This document shows, one piece after another, positions 1-15,000 of a DNA stretch of 64,000 bases (position 1 is its first letter; every line of letters begins with the position of its first letter). The position numbers were made by a program, and so were the translations under genes. Source of the DNA: Balanoglossus misakiensis. Taxonomy: Eukaryota > Animalia > Hemichordata. The stretch is from assembly GCA_040954595.2 (NCBI GenBank), contig CM082587.2, positions 6,437,705 to 6,501,704 on the forward strand. Reading direction: 5' to 3'. The notes beneath the pieces were generated by a model. The model did not search any database. It worked only from the letters and a program-made list of their open reading frames with translations, and was not told the DNA's origin.

Positions 1-3000
1 CTGCCACTCCAGCTGGTCTTCTGGTTCGTATAGACTCGTGTACTCCTCAATCTGTCTGTTCAATTCCTGGGCAAACAAGAGATGAGTGTTGTAAACGGTG
101 ACAATTCTGTACTACAATGATAATTATCAGGTTAAAAAGAACCAGAGATTGGACACCGCAATGAAGAATAAAGTGGAAAAAACAAAACACACTGAAATTG
201 CACGTCTTACCTTAATGAGTTCCCTCACTAAATCTATTTTTCGAAGCAGCAAACACACAACAATAAACCTGGCGTAATATCGCAATTTCTTGACGCAAAG
301 TTCTGGTCTGGACAAACAAATCAGAGAAAAGAAAAGTACAATCAGAAACCTGAAAAGGGGGATGGTTTTACATGATCAAATACTGCCCTCTATGTCCTGG
401 ATGCTAAATTCGTTTGTTCCCAAAGCACCCCCAGGGACCCCATCATCACTGCTTGAATATAAAACATAACATGGCCCTATTTGCATTAGATCTTGAGTGC
501 TTTTGACAAGATTTCACCAGACTTGCATTAATTTTTGTTCTTCTTCTGCGAAACAAGAAAAACATTTTCTTTATCGTATTAAACTGAGATAAAACCTACC
601 CTTCTTTGTTGGCCTTGGAATAATAGGCTCTGGCACGAATTGCGGAATAGAACGAAAACGATTCATTCAAGTAGTTGGTTTCACTGGTGCGTAAACTGAA
701 ATGGAAGAGGGAGATGAATACATTATGAGACCGCTCTCTCTCTCTCGCTCTGATTCCCAGTCCTATTTAACTATTCAGCCTCGCTGCCAATTTGCATTTG
801 ATCTAGCTGGAAATGCAAGAGAGTATTTTACGAACGTCAACATCCACAAGGACGGAGAATGGGAAAAACATCCGATCAATTTAATGGAATCTCATTGAAA
901 TAGTGGCCGAGTTGTTGAATAGGAAGTGTTTGCAATCAAACTGGTTCTCAATCAACACATGTCTGAAGTTTAGGGAACATGCATTGCTTTTATTTTACTG
1001 GCTTTTCTTTTACAGTGTCAAGAATATGAAATAACTCAGTTTTCAATGTTAATTCATTTTGTAATTTAACAGAATAGCAAATGATTTTTTAATACGGCCA
1101 TGCAATTGGTATATTTGAAATGGTTGTTTAACGTCACAGATTTCAACCACGGTTAGTGGTTTGTGTGTATCGAAAACAAAATTGGATGCATTAGTCTCAT
1201 GAATGTAGTAGTGATTTGGGGATACATTCTAGGTATGACCTTTGAACTGATGGCCGATCAATCTATACTGTCAGGCGCTTATAGGCGCGTGCACATATAA
1301 TATATCATTGGAAATAACGATGCCAGTACTTTGCATTTTGGTTACTTATCCCTGAACACCACCATGATATGCACAGGTAGTATATGTCATGAGATCAATA
1401 AATCATAGTTCTTGTGGTGGTAAAAAATGCATAATTTAGAGAGTTGACACAAAGAATGAAACCGAGTTTATCGTCAAAGTTCAAAAGAGACTTGCCAGAG
1501 GTAAACGGTACATATTACATAAACCATGGATCTTTGCGGAGATGTTTACAGCAACAAGTTTTGAATTCCATTTGAATGGCACACTATACTTACTAATAAT
1601 GATAATAGAGTTGTCCTATTTTGGAAGCTATTTCTCCAATCTGCCACCTCTTCAGACCGTACCTTGTATCTAAAGATTGTCTGGAATACAAACAAAAAGA
1701 GATAAATTTGAGATGGTTTTAAAATGCAAGTGTAATGAGATGAAGAGGCTGCAAGGTACAGATGCTTCTGTATAAGATCTCCGCTGGCATGTTTTATCTT
1801 TTCAGCGTTGCACACACTACAATACCTATTTTTTTTTCAAACTAGTCACCACCATATTAGCTTAGAACAATTTTGTCTCATTCTATTGCTGCAATGGTAG
1901 AATTGGACTTGTTCATTGGGCAATGGGGGTGCGTGAATAGCCTACGGAGGAAAATCCTTTACAGCTGATTGTTAAAGTCTATTTATAGTCTCTCTTCCGT
2001 TTTTTCACTGAAACATGCTTTAACCATAACTGCTGACTGACGTCAATAAATCATTTTCACAGACGTCAAGCTACCCGAGTGAGGAGGTTGAATTCATCAG
2101 CTCAGCTCATCAGTAACAGTTGATACTGAAAAACAGGAACTTTTCGCAATATCAAAACAGGCAACTGTTAATGGTATGAGACGATTAATTTTCGCATTCT
2201 TGTATTTCACTAACTGCATTGATATCTCTGAAAAACATTTTTATGCGATTTTTTTTATTTTCACGTTTTTTTTTGGGGGGGGGGGGTGGAGCTCTCGCGA
2301 AGTTCGCGAAAAATTTCCAGTTTTACAATAGTTTAGTACTATCGGATGGCAGCTAGCATAATGAGCTTTGTGTATAAAGCAAAAACCATAAAAATAATCA
2401 TTTCAGTCGAAGACTGCGGCTAAATCCACATTAAAGTAGTTTATCGGGTTGACCTTCTTGACAATCGCAGAAATCAATATGGTTTTATCAGTCTTTGAAT
2501 TCATTTATACTGCCCCCAAGGCCAATATCTAAATAATAGAGGTGTAAAAATCAATACCCGGTGATTTGTGTGTTCAATGTCGTCTGAGTGGTATTTTACA
2601 GTAATCCGTATTGTCAAGGCAGAAGGTAGATGATTATTCCGGATAAGATCAGGGATGCAGCCATTTTGGAGGGCAGATAGTTTTAATATTATTAGGACAG
2701 AAACTATAATTTTTGAGTCTATAATTTTTGAGTCTATAAACTCCCAAGTTTAACTTAAGACAAATTTTATCGATCAATCATATTATGCAAATTTATCTAG
2801 AAAATGTTCTTTTGGATCCGTCTTAGGTGCCATTCTGTCTAGTAATACACTTCTGATTAACTCTCACAGTTGTGAACCTCCATTGTGAGCTGTTCAATAT
2901 GAGATTTCTTAAATCACTATAAACACCCAGTATCACAGTTGCGCTATGTGAGTCTTCATTTCAGAGTAGATATCTATCTATATGTAAATTTTTGGTCCTT

Positions 3001-6000
3001 TTATATTATGCTTCTTACATTTCCTTAATTACAAGCGCATATTACGCTGGGCTTTGTGCGATCGAAAAACCAGCATTTCACTTGGTGTGGGAAGATTTAC
3101 ATGTAAAGCTGAATATCTTGTTGAATTTCGCATGCAAAGACTGCAAGCACATTCGCAAATACTGTACGAGACCTGTCTTTGTTCCCCTCACAGGACTGCT
3201 CATAGCCCCTAGTGCGCTGATTACAAACTGTCTGCTTGATGCATGGATCGCAACATCAGATACTAGAAAATGAAATTCAGCCAGTTTACGTCTTATACCT
3301 GCAGGATCTGTCGTAACATCTTCCAGTATATTAACGATAAACATCACTTTTTACACATGTATGGTAATCCAGAACTACTTTCCGTCATTCTTGCGTGCAG
3401 CACTTTTCAAGTACTAAGAGGTGTTCTGCCGAATAAACTATTTTTTTCTGTAAAATCACCAGAAATGGCAGCATAGATCATTTGATGGTGCAATCTTCAT
3501 GCATTTTCCAGAAAAACAAAATTGATGGCAGTCGACTACGCAGTTTTATGACATTTCTGGCGCATGTATAAAATACATCTCAATTGAGTTCGCCAGGTAC
3601 ATGCACGTAACACGAGAACAGGCAGCACAAATTCATCAAATATGAGTCATAGCTGTTTAAAACCATCCAACTGATACAAAAAAATGCCAAACAGACATCA
3701 GAGTAATGTCACGCCAATGGCATTCTGTCTCCCTCGGGCATTTTGTAATTATCGGCCCTCTACCTACATAGTTGTTCCTCCCAGCAGAGTCTAGCTTTCC
3801 TAAATCGGTGGACTATTCTATTCTTGCTGGGTGAAGGGGTGAAAGGGTCATGGAATCACCGGCAGAGACAAGCAAAATTAGCAAACTTAATTTGCAGTTA
3901 TCCAATGGATGTCAGTAACAGTTAAACAGCTAGTGATAATATACGTAATTCCTTAAAATATCTTGCGTAAAAGTTACTGGAGTTAAAATGATAATAAAAT
4001 GCCTTTCTGCTGTCTATATAAAAACAAAATGAACACGACCTTGATTGGAAACTGCATTTTAATCTGAGGCGTGCATGGTAAAAAATCCATCACACATCTC
4101 AAGCACTGTGATTCTGCATTTCCATCCATCAGCTGCGGTACACACATAAATAGCGAATCCTTCAGATGGCAAGCCACATGATAGATGCTATCTTTAATGC
4201 CCCTCCTCCCCATCAGTGGTTGCCATGGCAACATATCCCCGGCACCCTCCCGGGAATAGCGTGCGTTAAATATTTCATCAGCCACGGAAGCTTCAGGGAG
4301 CGGAGGTGGGGGGTGTCCCGTTCCATTACCGCTAGCTCCCGCGCGGCATCAATAATTCATCTTTCATCTGGGTTTCCACCGTCTCTCGCTGGCAGTGGTG
4401 AAAAATGATTTTCAAGTTATATGTGGACTGATCGAAGCTGCTGTACTTTCTGTGTGGTTTGAATGCTGGAAATTAAAAGAGATGACCTCACCATTCCCCC
4501 TTTTTTTTAACATCTAAGTGCTTTCGACTCCTGCATTCTATCAATGTATAAAAAGCGTATTTACATTGACTGCACTTGCAAGTTATATATAGTTGAAGGC
4601 AATATTGAGCCTCTGAAATACTTGGACCGTTCAATCAATGTGCCAATATCTGGTACTGTGAGACTAATCCATAATATTGAGGAATGATGACTGTTTGGAA
4701 AAATACAGTGGATGCATTGATTGCTAGTATTGTGTTAGATGGTTAAGATGAGTGTTTGATCATACCAGATCGAATCACATAACAAACTGTCGAGTAGAAG
4801 TTCTAACCAGCCACAGTACACTTACTTCAACGTTTTGATTTGAAACTTTCATTTTGCCATGTTAACATACCGACCTCCAACGATATTTTTTTAAAGACAC
4901 AGTCAGCCATATTGGATCAGATGACAAAATCAAAAAGGCGTACAAGTTTGCTACAGTTGTACACAGACACAGCTTAATGGCTGGGGAAAGACAAACGGAG
5001 AGATGTACCGGTACACACGAACTACCGGTATATAAACAGGAGGGAACACAGGGATAATTATGCCACAATTCTGGGTTTTGGTGCCCACATTGGAGCATTC
5101 AACAAAATAGCCCACCTGGCTGTCATGAAGGATATCCTGCCACAGCACCTGGGATGGAAGTAAAGCCCTGGCAGACAAGCTGACACTCACAATAACGACA
5201 TCACTGCATCAAAGCAACAATTGCACACTTGACAGCAACACTGAGCTTGGCAAACACTCATCAGAACCATCCAATACAAGTACCTCTTCACTGTGATTAG
5301 ACAAAACGCGACCCCAATTGACCCCATTCCCACTGCATGTCCAACCAGGAACAATGCACTGAAGCCCTACAATCTTGCATCTTCCGCATCGCTCGTTGAT
5401 TATCTCCCTTCATACACACAAGAAACCCTCACCACTGACATCTGTTGTCCCTTTGCCTTCAGATAATTGCCTCTAATTGCAGGTTAGGACATATGGCATT
5501 CAGTTGTGTACACGATTTCCGGTCAATCAACCGCTGTGTCAAATTGATGGGGCATCGGAGATGAAAGGCAAAAGGCTTAGAGAGTATCGTCTATGACTTC
5601 TTTCATCCCATTTCTGTATTCCTGGGACACAATGCGCTCTATTGAGAGTTATCGTGATCCTGGTGTTCACTATAAATTAGTATAAAAGGGGCAAAGGTTA
5701 CAAAATCAGGTGAAATCTGCCGAGCGAGTCACGACTAATAAAAATGAAGCAGATAATATCATTATTGGTCCATATACACTGACTATGACAAAGACACAAG
5801 ATGACATATTTGATGAATTACTGCGAAGATACCTGTATATAATTTGTATGAGAGATCGCGGTGTCATCTCTGATTGGCAATTTCTCGTGAGTGAAAATAG
5901 TATACTGTTACTTCTGAAACTTAAAGGTGAGGGTCGTCCTGTATGTGGCATATACAACGATCCAGTATTACCAAACTGCAAACAATAATTGTATGACCAA

Positions 6001-9000
6001 ATCACTGTGGTGAGAGGGTTTAAACTTTCTTGACAAGTGACGCAAAAAAGTACACCTGATGGGTGACCCTTACACTGACTCACACAGAAGACAGGTTCAC
6101 CTTTGGCAAATTTCTTCCACAATATTCCAGACAGGACACAGAAAAGCGTGCTGGTTGTATATCGTTACACAGCTTGGGCCTAATCATCGATCCATTACAG
6201 ACCTGCAGGGGTACAATTAAAACCAGTACTGCCATATGCTACCCCCTATCCCTAATTCGTGTGCCATGGAAACACTGTAACTAAGCAACCCATCGTGTCA
6301 CCTGGCAACCACTCACCAAGAACGTGTGGTACTATTAATTGGCTGAAAAAATTGCGCTGTGGGGTAACAGTGTGTTTTTGCCTTTTGGGACATACTATAG
6401 AATTGATGATGTAAAACAATATTGATCATTTCTACATATTTCAATACAATAATTTATATCAGACACAATGCATCATGAGAGTAGTATATTTCAGGTGCTT
6501 CTAATATGCCGAGTGTTTGCTATATTAATTGGATGCCAAGACTCTGTTATGAAGACTACATGCAGATATTATCCTTCTGTGTGGGCTTCAACATCCACAT
6601 GTACATTTCTCATACATTATGATGAGAAACAATCTCTGCGCGGCATGTGGCGTTTCCGTTTGAACAGTCGAGTCCAACTCAAGACGGACAATGGGGTGGA
6701 AAAGACAAGTGGCATCCACGCGCTGGGTTCAATATTTGCACGGCAGGTCTCTATATTGTTGAAACACAGCAAACGCTGTTTGAAAAGTGGATTCTTTGCT
6801 TTCAAAAAAAGGGCACCATTTATCACTAATGGAAAACAGAACTCAGTGCGGCGGTTTCGTTCTAATGGAATAATGGGAAGTTTTGCAGGGGCTTCCTACT
6901 CTATACATGTTGTTCCACTTCCAGAGGCACGTCGGCAGTCATTGAACTGTCACCATGACAACCAGCAGCGCTTGCGTCACGATACTGCAGAACTTGATTT
7001 CCTGAACATTTGTGCATTCACATCGATGTAAATATCAGGGGATGGAACAGCCAATTCAAGATGTCCCACTATGAACACGTTCTGTGTCAGTGTACAGGTG
7101 TCTATGTGGAATCAACTGCTGAAATCAGAAATCTCCTCAGATCTACTCTAAAGGAACTCAAAACAAAAACTTGAACCCAAATCTGTTGTTTCTAATCAAA
7201 ATTTAATGTGCCACAGACAGTTAAGGGCCCACTGTTTTCCCCTTTATACTGTCCTCTTTCCTTTAAAAAATAATTTGTTGCCACGACAATGGAACAATTA
7301 ACAATACCTGGTCCTGCAGTGTCCCTGAAAGTTCTATTAATTAAACAAGTGACCTGCGTACACACAGACAACACTTGTCACTTGGCAAGACCTGGAGCTA
7401 AAGGAATGCAGTCACTCCACATCACTAAATCATGGTGCTGTTTCCATGACAACCTGGGAATATGATCATCTGAGTCGGGCACATACGTATTCGAAGATGG
7501 ATGGATGGATGGACGATCGTTTTAACTTTCCTTGAGAAAATTAAGTTGACTCAAAAACACATCAATCACCTCAAGTAGAGACTCCCTCAGGAAAATACTT
7601 GGCGAATGGCAGATATGACATTGACAGCATAATCTCGTGATACAGCCGGTACACCGAGAAGCACCCACCCCCCATCATTCATCACAGAGTGCAAGACTTT
7701 GACTTCTAGCCATTAATCAAGCATATTTTTGACATTATTCTAACTGAGTACAAATTGCTTCGGTGCAAGAATTGAGATTTATTCATATGAGTAAATTAAC
7801 ATTCTTGATATTGCAATATCGTCCTGCATAATTTCCAATTTAGATGTTAATATGATGACAAATTAGCTTACATGCATGAAATGTTTTGGTTTTCTTCATC
7901 TGTGCAGCAAATAGTTATACATGAAGAGTCTTACTTCCTAAAAACAGGTGGATGTTCTGAATTCACTTAGATATATATCAACCCTTCTTTGGAAATGATG
8001 TAATATAAGATTATGCACATAAGGTAACACATCATGATCAGCATGTATCCCATATTGCCTTTCATATCTCTCCCTCTGAATGAATGAATGAATGAATGAA
8101 TGAATGAAAGAACGAACGAACGAACTAACGAACGAACGAACGAACGTATGAATGAATGAATGAATGAATGAATGAACGAATGAATTATCAAACTAATATC
8201 ACTCTCTCCCTCACTTCAGAAGAAAACTAGATTTTTAGAGCTCGACCCCTATCTGGCAAATACACCTGATGAATATAGGCTTATATTGAAGAGCCTTTTC
8301 AGCGAGAGGATATATATGCATGTTAGCCCGTGAAGGTTTAGAACCAGAGCACAGCACAGAAGACTTGACCTGGCAGTGGTGAATACTGATGAAGAGCAGT
8401 GGACTGTGACAAGACATCAGACGGGAAGTGATTGGATCAATGAGTGAGCTGTTCACATCAATGACTCAAACACACCTGTTTGTATATGCACGTGAGATCT
8501 CAAGAAAATTGGTCCATCTTGAAAACGCAACCTCACTTGGGCCAAAGTCTGAATGGCTGGTTTAAAGCAAAGATATAATTTCAACGATAAAATATATTAA
8601 GTCAGACACATACATGTATAATCTAACAGCCAGCATGGGGCAGGGGCTTTATCATGTATTCTCGACAGGAGATAGAATGCATTCAGGTAAGATTAACGGT
8701 ACAGGGACTGTGTACTTGAGTTGAATAATGACTGGTGATTTTCACAGTTGGGAAAAACAAGAATATTTTCCGTGGACTTTTCATTGCAGATGTATTTATC
8801 CCACACATCTCAATTGTCAAGCTAAAAAACTCGTTTATAGTCTGGGATCATCAGATGGAACACATCACTGGAGCTTGAAAGGATTGGGTTCAAAGGTCAC
8901 AATGTTCCAATGACTCACCCTGCAGCTGAACTACCGTAAAATCCCTATTGGAAGCTGTAGCTTAATTCAGTCAAAAAAACTATTAAAGGCACCTCTGGTG

Positions 9001-12000
9001 TAAGATGCTGTATGCTGATTACTGCAGCGTTCTGTGGAAAACTGGCATTGAAGAATTAACATGATAGAAATACAAGCAAATGTGTATGTAAACAGAATCA
9101 TGCTTCTTTATGTATTCATTCATGTGCATATGGAATGGTTTGGTTTTGCTAGTTCCCGGTTTCAACTCTTCACTTAACTCCCACATGTAGCTTTTACTGT
9201 ACATATGTACATGTATCATCAAACTCTGCAGTCTAAGTCAGATCATGCCATTACTTTTGGATACAGCTTAATTGAAATAGAAGTTTTACGGTTCTAGAAA
9301 TTCAAAACCTGCCCCTGACAGCAATAGATGTCAATGTACATTTTGGTTTCCATGGCTATGACAGTTGAGTAAATACGTGACCTTCAAGCCTTGCATAAAA
9401 GCGATATGAAGAAAAAGAAGAGAAAAAATAAGTAAATTTGACGACGGTCATGGCACGAAAGTAAAACACTCCAGTATTTATGAAATCAATTCAATCCAGC
9501 TTTAAAATGCGTAATAAAACATCATGTTATTGTGGTCATAAAATACCACTGAAGCAAAGGGCCCCATTGATATAATTATACGGCAACCTAGTTTGTACAA
9601 TAATTTGATAATGTAACTTGTATGCCTCCAGCGACTGAATTGAAAAGCCATGGTGTAAACACTGAGAGAATTTGGCATTCAGATGCGTGCGTGAACATAG
9701 ACCCTGAACTAAATCTGATTTGATCAAAATAATGGACGGCAGTTCTATCAGAAAAATGTAAGCGTAAATGTCAGATATTTTTATCAATACTAAATCATCG
9801 GTGTTTGCAGATGCGAGTGAGATTTGAAATTTGAAATTGAAGATGTAATCAGTTTCATGAAGGACAGCTAACCCAACGGAACCTAAAGGTATTTCTAAAT
9901 GCCAGCCCGGATGTCCTTGTGAGCCATGATCAAATTATACAATTTCCATGAAAAGATGAAATCAAAGAAAAGCACCGAGTATGGAAAGTGCATTTTGAAA
10001 TCTATACGTGTGAAATTAGATCAGTCATGCTTGGATTGGCATTCAGTGTTTTCAGCTGAGAACTGAGTATTAGATGTGTATTTAAAGTGGTTTACCTAAA
10101 GAGATGTAAAAGTCGACCACTTTTGCAGAATTCTGAGGAGGACTGATGAAACATACTGAGTTTTTGGTTATTTTAAATTAGCAAGTCTATCTTTAGCAAG
10201 TCTCTCTGTATACAAAATGTACTAGTATCTATACTGTGTGCCTATGTGCTAGACTGCTACCTACAATGTGTAGGCTTGAATGATATATCGTTGTATGTTA
10301 ACAGGTAGTTGGCTTGTTGGTTTTTAAGAATTACCTGGAGGTGGTGTGTTTAGCTCAGAAACTAATTATTTATTTTGCTCAGTGTAAAGCTAGAACCACA
10401 CATAAAATACTGAAGCGAGTTGTGTGAGTTTTTCTGAGCACAGTCTAAGTTCACATATCTCAGCAACCCTGGATCACCCCTCCTCAACCAAGTTCCACAT
10501 TGCAATGTACATGTACCTTGCATAAAAGAAACAGTGACGCTGCCCTAAGGGGAGAACCATTTGATTTTTTTTTTTTTGGGGGTGGGGGACTTTGGGGGGA
10601 AACAATTAGTTGGCAGATGGTATGGAGGGGAACATTTTCTTCTGCAACGTCTTGAGCAAAAGGTAGGACTGACAACAGAAAAAATGCTGTAGCCCACTAA
10701 CAAAGGCTGAAAAAATAGTTTGCAGACATATCCAAATCCCCCCCCCCCCCAGAAATCAGATGGTTCTTCCCTAATTGCCATCTATGCAGTATGCTCTACA
10801 TTTGTACATGCGATTTCAATCTTGCCTGGTAAAAACACACTGCTGTCAATTTATCTCTCTGCATGGATGTCATTGTAAGAGGGGGTATATGCCATAATGG
10901 TAAGATTCAGAGCCTAATAGCCACTTAGCATACGTTACAGATTGCCATGATGAGCACTCTGAGATTGGAGTGGCATAGAACTTTAATGGCAGGGTTCCCT
11001 GCACAATTCTTTGCCATTTGTGATAACACAAGATAAAATATAATACAGAGATGCCTTTGAAACATTACAAAAAATTGTTGGCTGCTCATATAGACAAAGG
11101 GAATTCGAGTCAAGGTCAAAATATGTAGTGTTTAGATGATGACAACTGAACTCTAAGTCTAATTTCAATCAGCCTATTTTTATGTGTGTGTGTGTGTTCA
11201 CTGTTTTGTTCTGCTTCCATCCAACAGGTGCAGTTTTCTTCACATTTATTTGCCTTGGCAAAAAGAATGTACAAGTTACAAGCAAAGATGCAGCGTATGT
11301 GATGTGGTTACCAGGGAGGAAAAATGCCACGCACGCAGAGACCTAGGGTTAGGCCCGAGTCCGGCACATAATAGCCCTTCTACTGTCCCATGGGACAGAG
11401 AGGGCAGGGTACCCGCGACGGCCAAACCAACATGACTATTCTGAAAATACATGTGTACACAGTGAAGTTACAACCTTGGTTGAACTCTGCCAAGATCACA
11501 AACAAATGCCCAAATTAAGAATGCTGGGTTTTAAAGGGGGAGGGGGGTACACAGTGGACCCGATCTTCTGTTTGCCCACGGTCCTGGGACCCCCTCATTA
11601 AATAAAAGAGCTCACTTCATGCACATACGAAAAGATTGATTCCAAACTACCGATAGACCAGAGTCATTTGTGGGAAACATGGATCACACTGACTGACTCA
11701 GCGCCAGATTGAGAAATGTATGACAGCCGCTGCGATGACAATTTACACTGAGATATCACATTTCTAATAAAGCACTTCCATACACAAGGTTCTGCTATTA
11801 ACCTGCTCACCTAAACCCTCTCCATCATTTGCAGTCACGAGTTTTGACTAGAATCTCTCCTTTTGAGTTATGGGCTGCCTGTGAACTCAACATCTTCTGG
11901 TCAGATATCCATTTTCACAGTCACACTCGTCAGAACAAAAGTCTTCATTTCGCAGCCCAGAAATCCAAAAGAGGGGATTCTCGATTGCAGTTTATTCCAA

Positions 12001-15000
12001 CTTTTCAAATAGGTATTCTGGTGTTTGGTTGAAACATTTACCTCGACTGATTACTGACAAGCTATATCCTAAAATGCAGACTACCCCACTATAGTATAGG
12101 ACTAAGGTGGTGACCCTGCAAGTTACCATGGTGATTTCAGCCCAATTTTGCTTTCTGAGAATGAGATAAGTTTATGTCTCATAGTCATACTGAAACTTAT
12201 CATAGGCAACTTGGTGAAATATGTGAAGGACCTCCCCTTACAACTCATGTTGACATGTCCTTGTTGGAATGCACCATTCTGAATGAATTGCAGGGGTGGG
12301 TGCATCCACGTTGCCGCAAACTCACCTGTTTTGCTGTTGGAACTTCCACAGTTTTGTGTAGACGTCGAAGGTGCGTCCGAAATACGACTGCCACTGCTTG
12401 TGTCCATACTGGGGAAGATCTCTGCAAAAAAAACAATAATAAAATGTGAGCCACGACACATCAATGATGTGAATACAACATTTAAAGGCTGACGATCGTC
12501 TTTTACACATGCGCGTAATTTCGTCTGTACAAACATTCTGCAATGTTTTGCAAATTTTGCGCCGACTCATTCACAGTTGCTAGTGAGTCTAAGTAGGGGC
12601 AAAGTGTAACTGCTACAATGTACATAATTGCAAACAATATAGTTGTTACTTTGTATTACACTGTACATCATGGCAAACAATCATTGTTACTTTTTTATCA
12701 CATTTCCTTTGACATAACATGTGTTGGTTGCCAGGGTCTCCCCAAACAATGCTGATGGTATATGTTTATAATAAACAAAAAAAGTCGCACATGTGCAGTT
12801 CAGACAAACCTCCCCTTTAAGCTCTGATAATCGCAAGAGAGTTTCTTTTAGCCACGGTCTCTCCACACACGATCCCCCAGTACAGCTGGCGTGGGTGGAC
12901 TGATTCTAAATTGGTGTAAATTAAAGCTTTGTACGCCTGAATGGGTTTTACAGATTGGAAAATAAAGTCGTTCCAAACACTGCACATTTTTTTAATCTTA
13001 TAGAAAATGTCACTACACCTATTGCGGGTTGAAATCAAAGCAGTGAGTCATACTCCTAGTCCTCTAAGAGCATTTCCTTTTCTTCGCACACACAACATCT
13101 CAGTTGCTAGAACCACAATCATTCCGTCACAGATTATACAAACCCTGGATCTGATGCCACTGGCTATTGAAATTTTCATCTTGTAAAATCAATTTCCTGT
13201 CAGATTAATTTGACAAAAACCTGTCCCTGTTTCAAGCCCCTGTAGTTATAACAACAGCAGGCTTCTTTCGTGATATTATTATTTTTTATACAAATAGGGC
13301 TAAAATTGATTAGAAGGTGGAATAACAGCAAACTGATTATCGTCTTGGGTGAAACAGGGCTTTACTGTAAAACCTTATTCAATTCCACCACGCTTTTCTG
13401 CAAAAATTTACTTCCCAAAATGATAAAAACAAACAATTAGATTAAATCAATCTTTTGAAGTGACAAATGAATTCAAATACATACTTGAATTCAATTTTTA
13501 ACAATAAAATGCTGATTACTACAAAAGGGCTGTGTCGAAAAACAAAATACTGAGCGATTCTTATGTTTTACAGAATATAACAAGAAACCACAGTTTATAT
13601 ACCCAAAACAAAAATACTGAGAAAATAGCCTAAAGTTGGAGTTACTGGGGCTTTAATCACTTTTGTGTACAGTCTTCAGAAATACAGTTAATGTCATCAA
13701 AACAGACCAGCAGTTTGTCTGCACTATGTCAGTGACGGTCTGCGGAGGCCTTTTCCCACAGGATAAAGCCTATTACCCTTTAAAACCCACATATCTGCAG
13801 CAATTTTAACCGAAGAATTGTGAGGATTCTACACTATAACCTTGGTGATCCGACAGTAACCTTGACCAGATTTCATCTAAGGTACTGTCAGGGGAGAACT
13901 GCTGCCTGATTACCATGTATCCATTACAAGTAGTCCTTAGATCATTGCAGCAAATGCGTTCACTTCCGCAAATGCATATACTACTCTACTCTGGAAATTA
14001 GATCAGTCAGAAAACGTTGCCGTGATAACTTGGCCTTCACACGACCTTGATCTTGAAAATTGACACTAACACAAGCACAATCCAATTTTCTTTTTTTAAA
14101 GACAGTGATTTAAGTATACTTCTTGGGTTTTATTTCAAGAAAATCTAACCATGGTGGTCGTATTTCGCAATAAAAAAATTGCGTTTTTTAATTCTGATAT
14201 GAATAAATGCATTAACTTCGCCATATAGTCGCCAGGGTATCTTTTGAATTCAGCTATCAGTAGTGTGATTGGGGTTATTCAAAGTAGTTTTCACAATGGC
14301 CTACTAAAAGCTTCAAAACAGCACAGAATGGTTATATTTGAATAAAGGTTATTTTCCCCTTAAATGCATTTACTTTACTGTGTTGAATATAACGTGATAT
14401 CAATACTAACTTAACTTTAAATGTCTTTTTTTTTATCTTAGGAAAATAAATTGCAAACATTTACATCACATATCGCCTTGGTAACTGAACTAAATGGAAT
14501 ATAATTAATTAATAAATTAATTGAGTTATTCATTTTACTGCCTACCATTATTTGGACTTCAGGAAACATGCAACTGAGATTGATATTGATAATTGCATTA
14601 CCAGGACACTGTAGGGTTAATGGTTTACTGTTTCATTTAATATCAAGCATCCATCATTTCCATTCAGTAAATAATAAGTGATTTAATTTTGTTGTGTCGT
14701 GATTATAAAAATGCTACAGAGAATCAATCTTTGCATTGGTCGCTTTGGATTAAGATTTGTTCTTTTTACTTGAGTTTCACAAAATTTTATTTCACACAAA
14801 AAGACAAGATTTGATTTTGAACCTGATTGGTTGATTCTGATTACAGATATACAGGAAAATATATTTTAAAAAATATAAGCAATTATTGCTGTAAGTAATA
14901 TGGTCCCAGGGTAACTGTGTAAACAAATGGGTTTATTGCTTTATTAGTGTTTTTAAATCAGAACTACTTTCAAATTCAATTCTGTGATTTCCCCACAAAT

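Noticed and set aside
6468-7031. Longest ORF in the track (187 aa, +) inside SCAI intron 2
   Set aside because: No recognisable domain or exon structure; consistent with a chance ORF.
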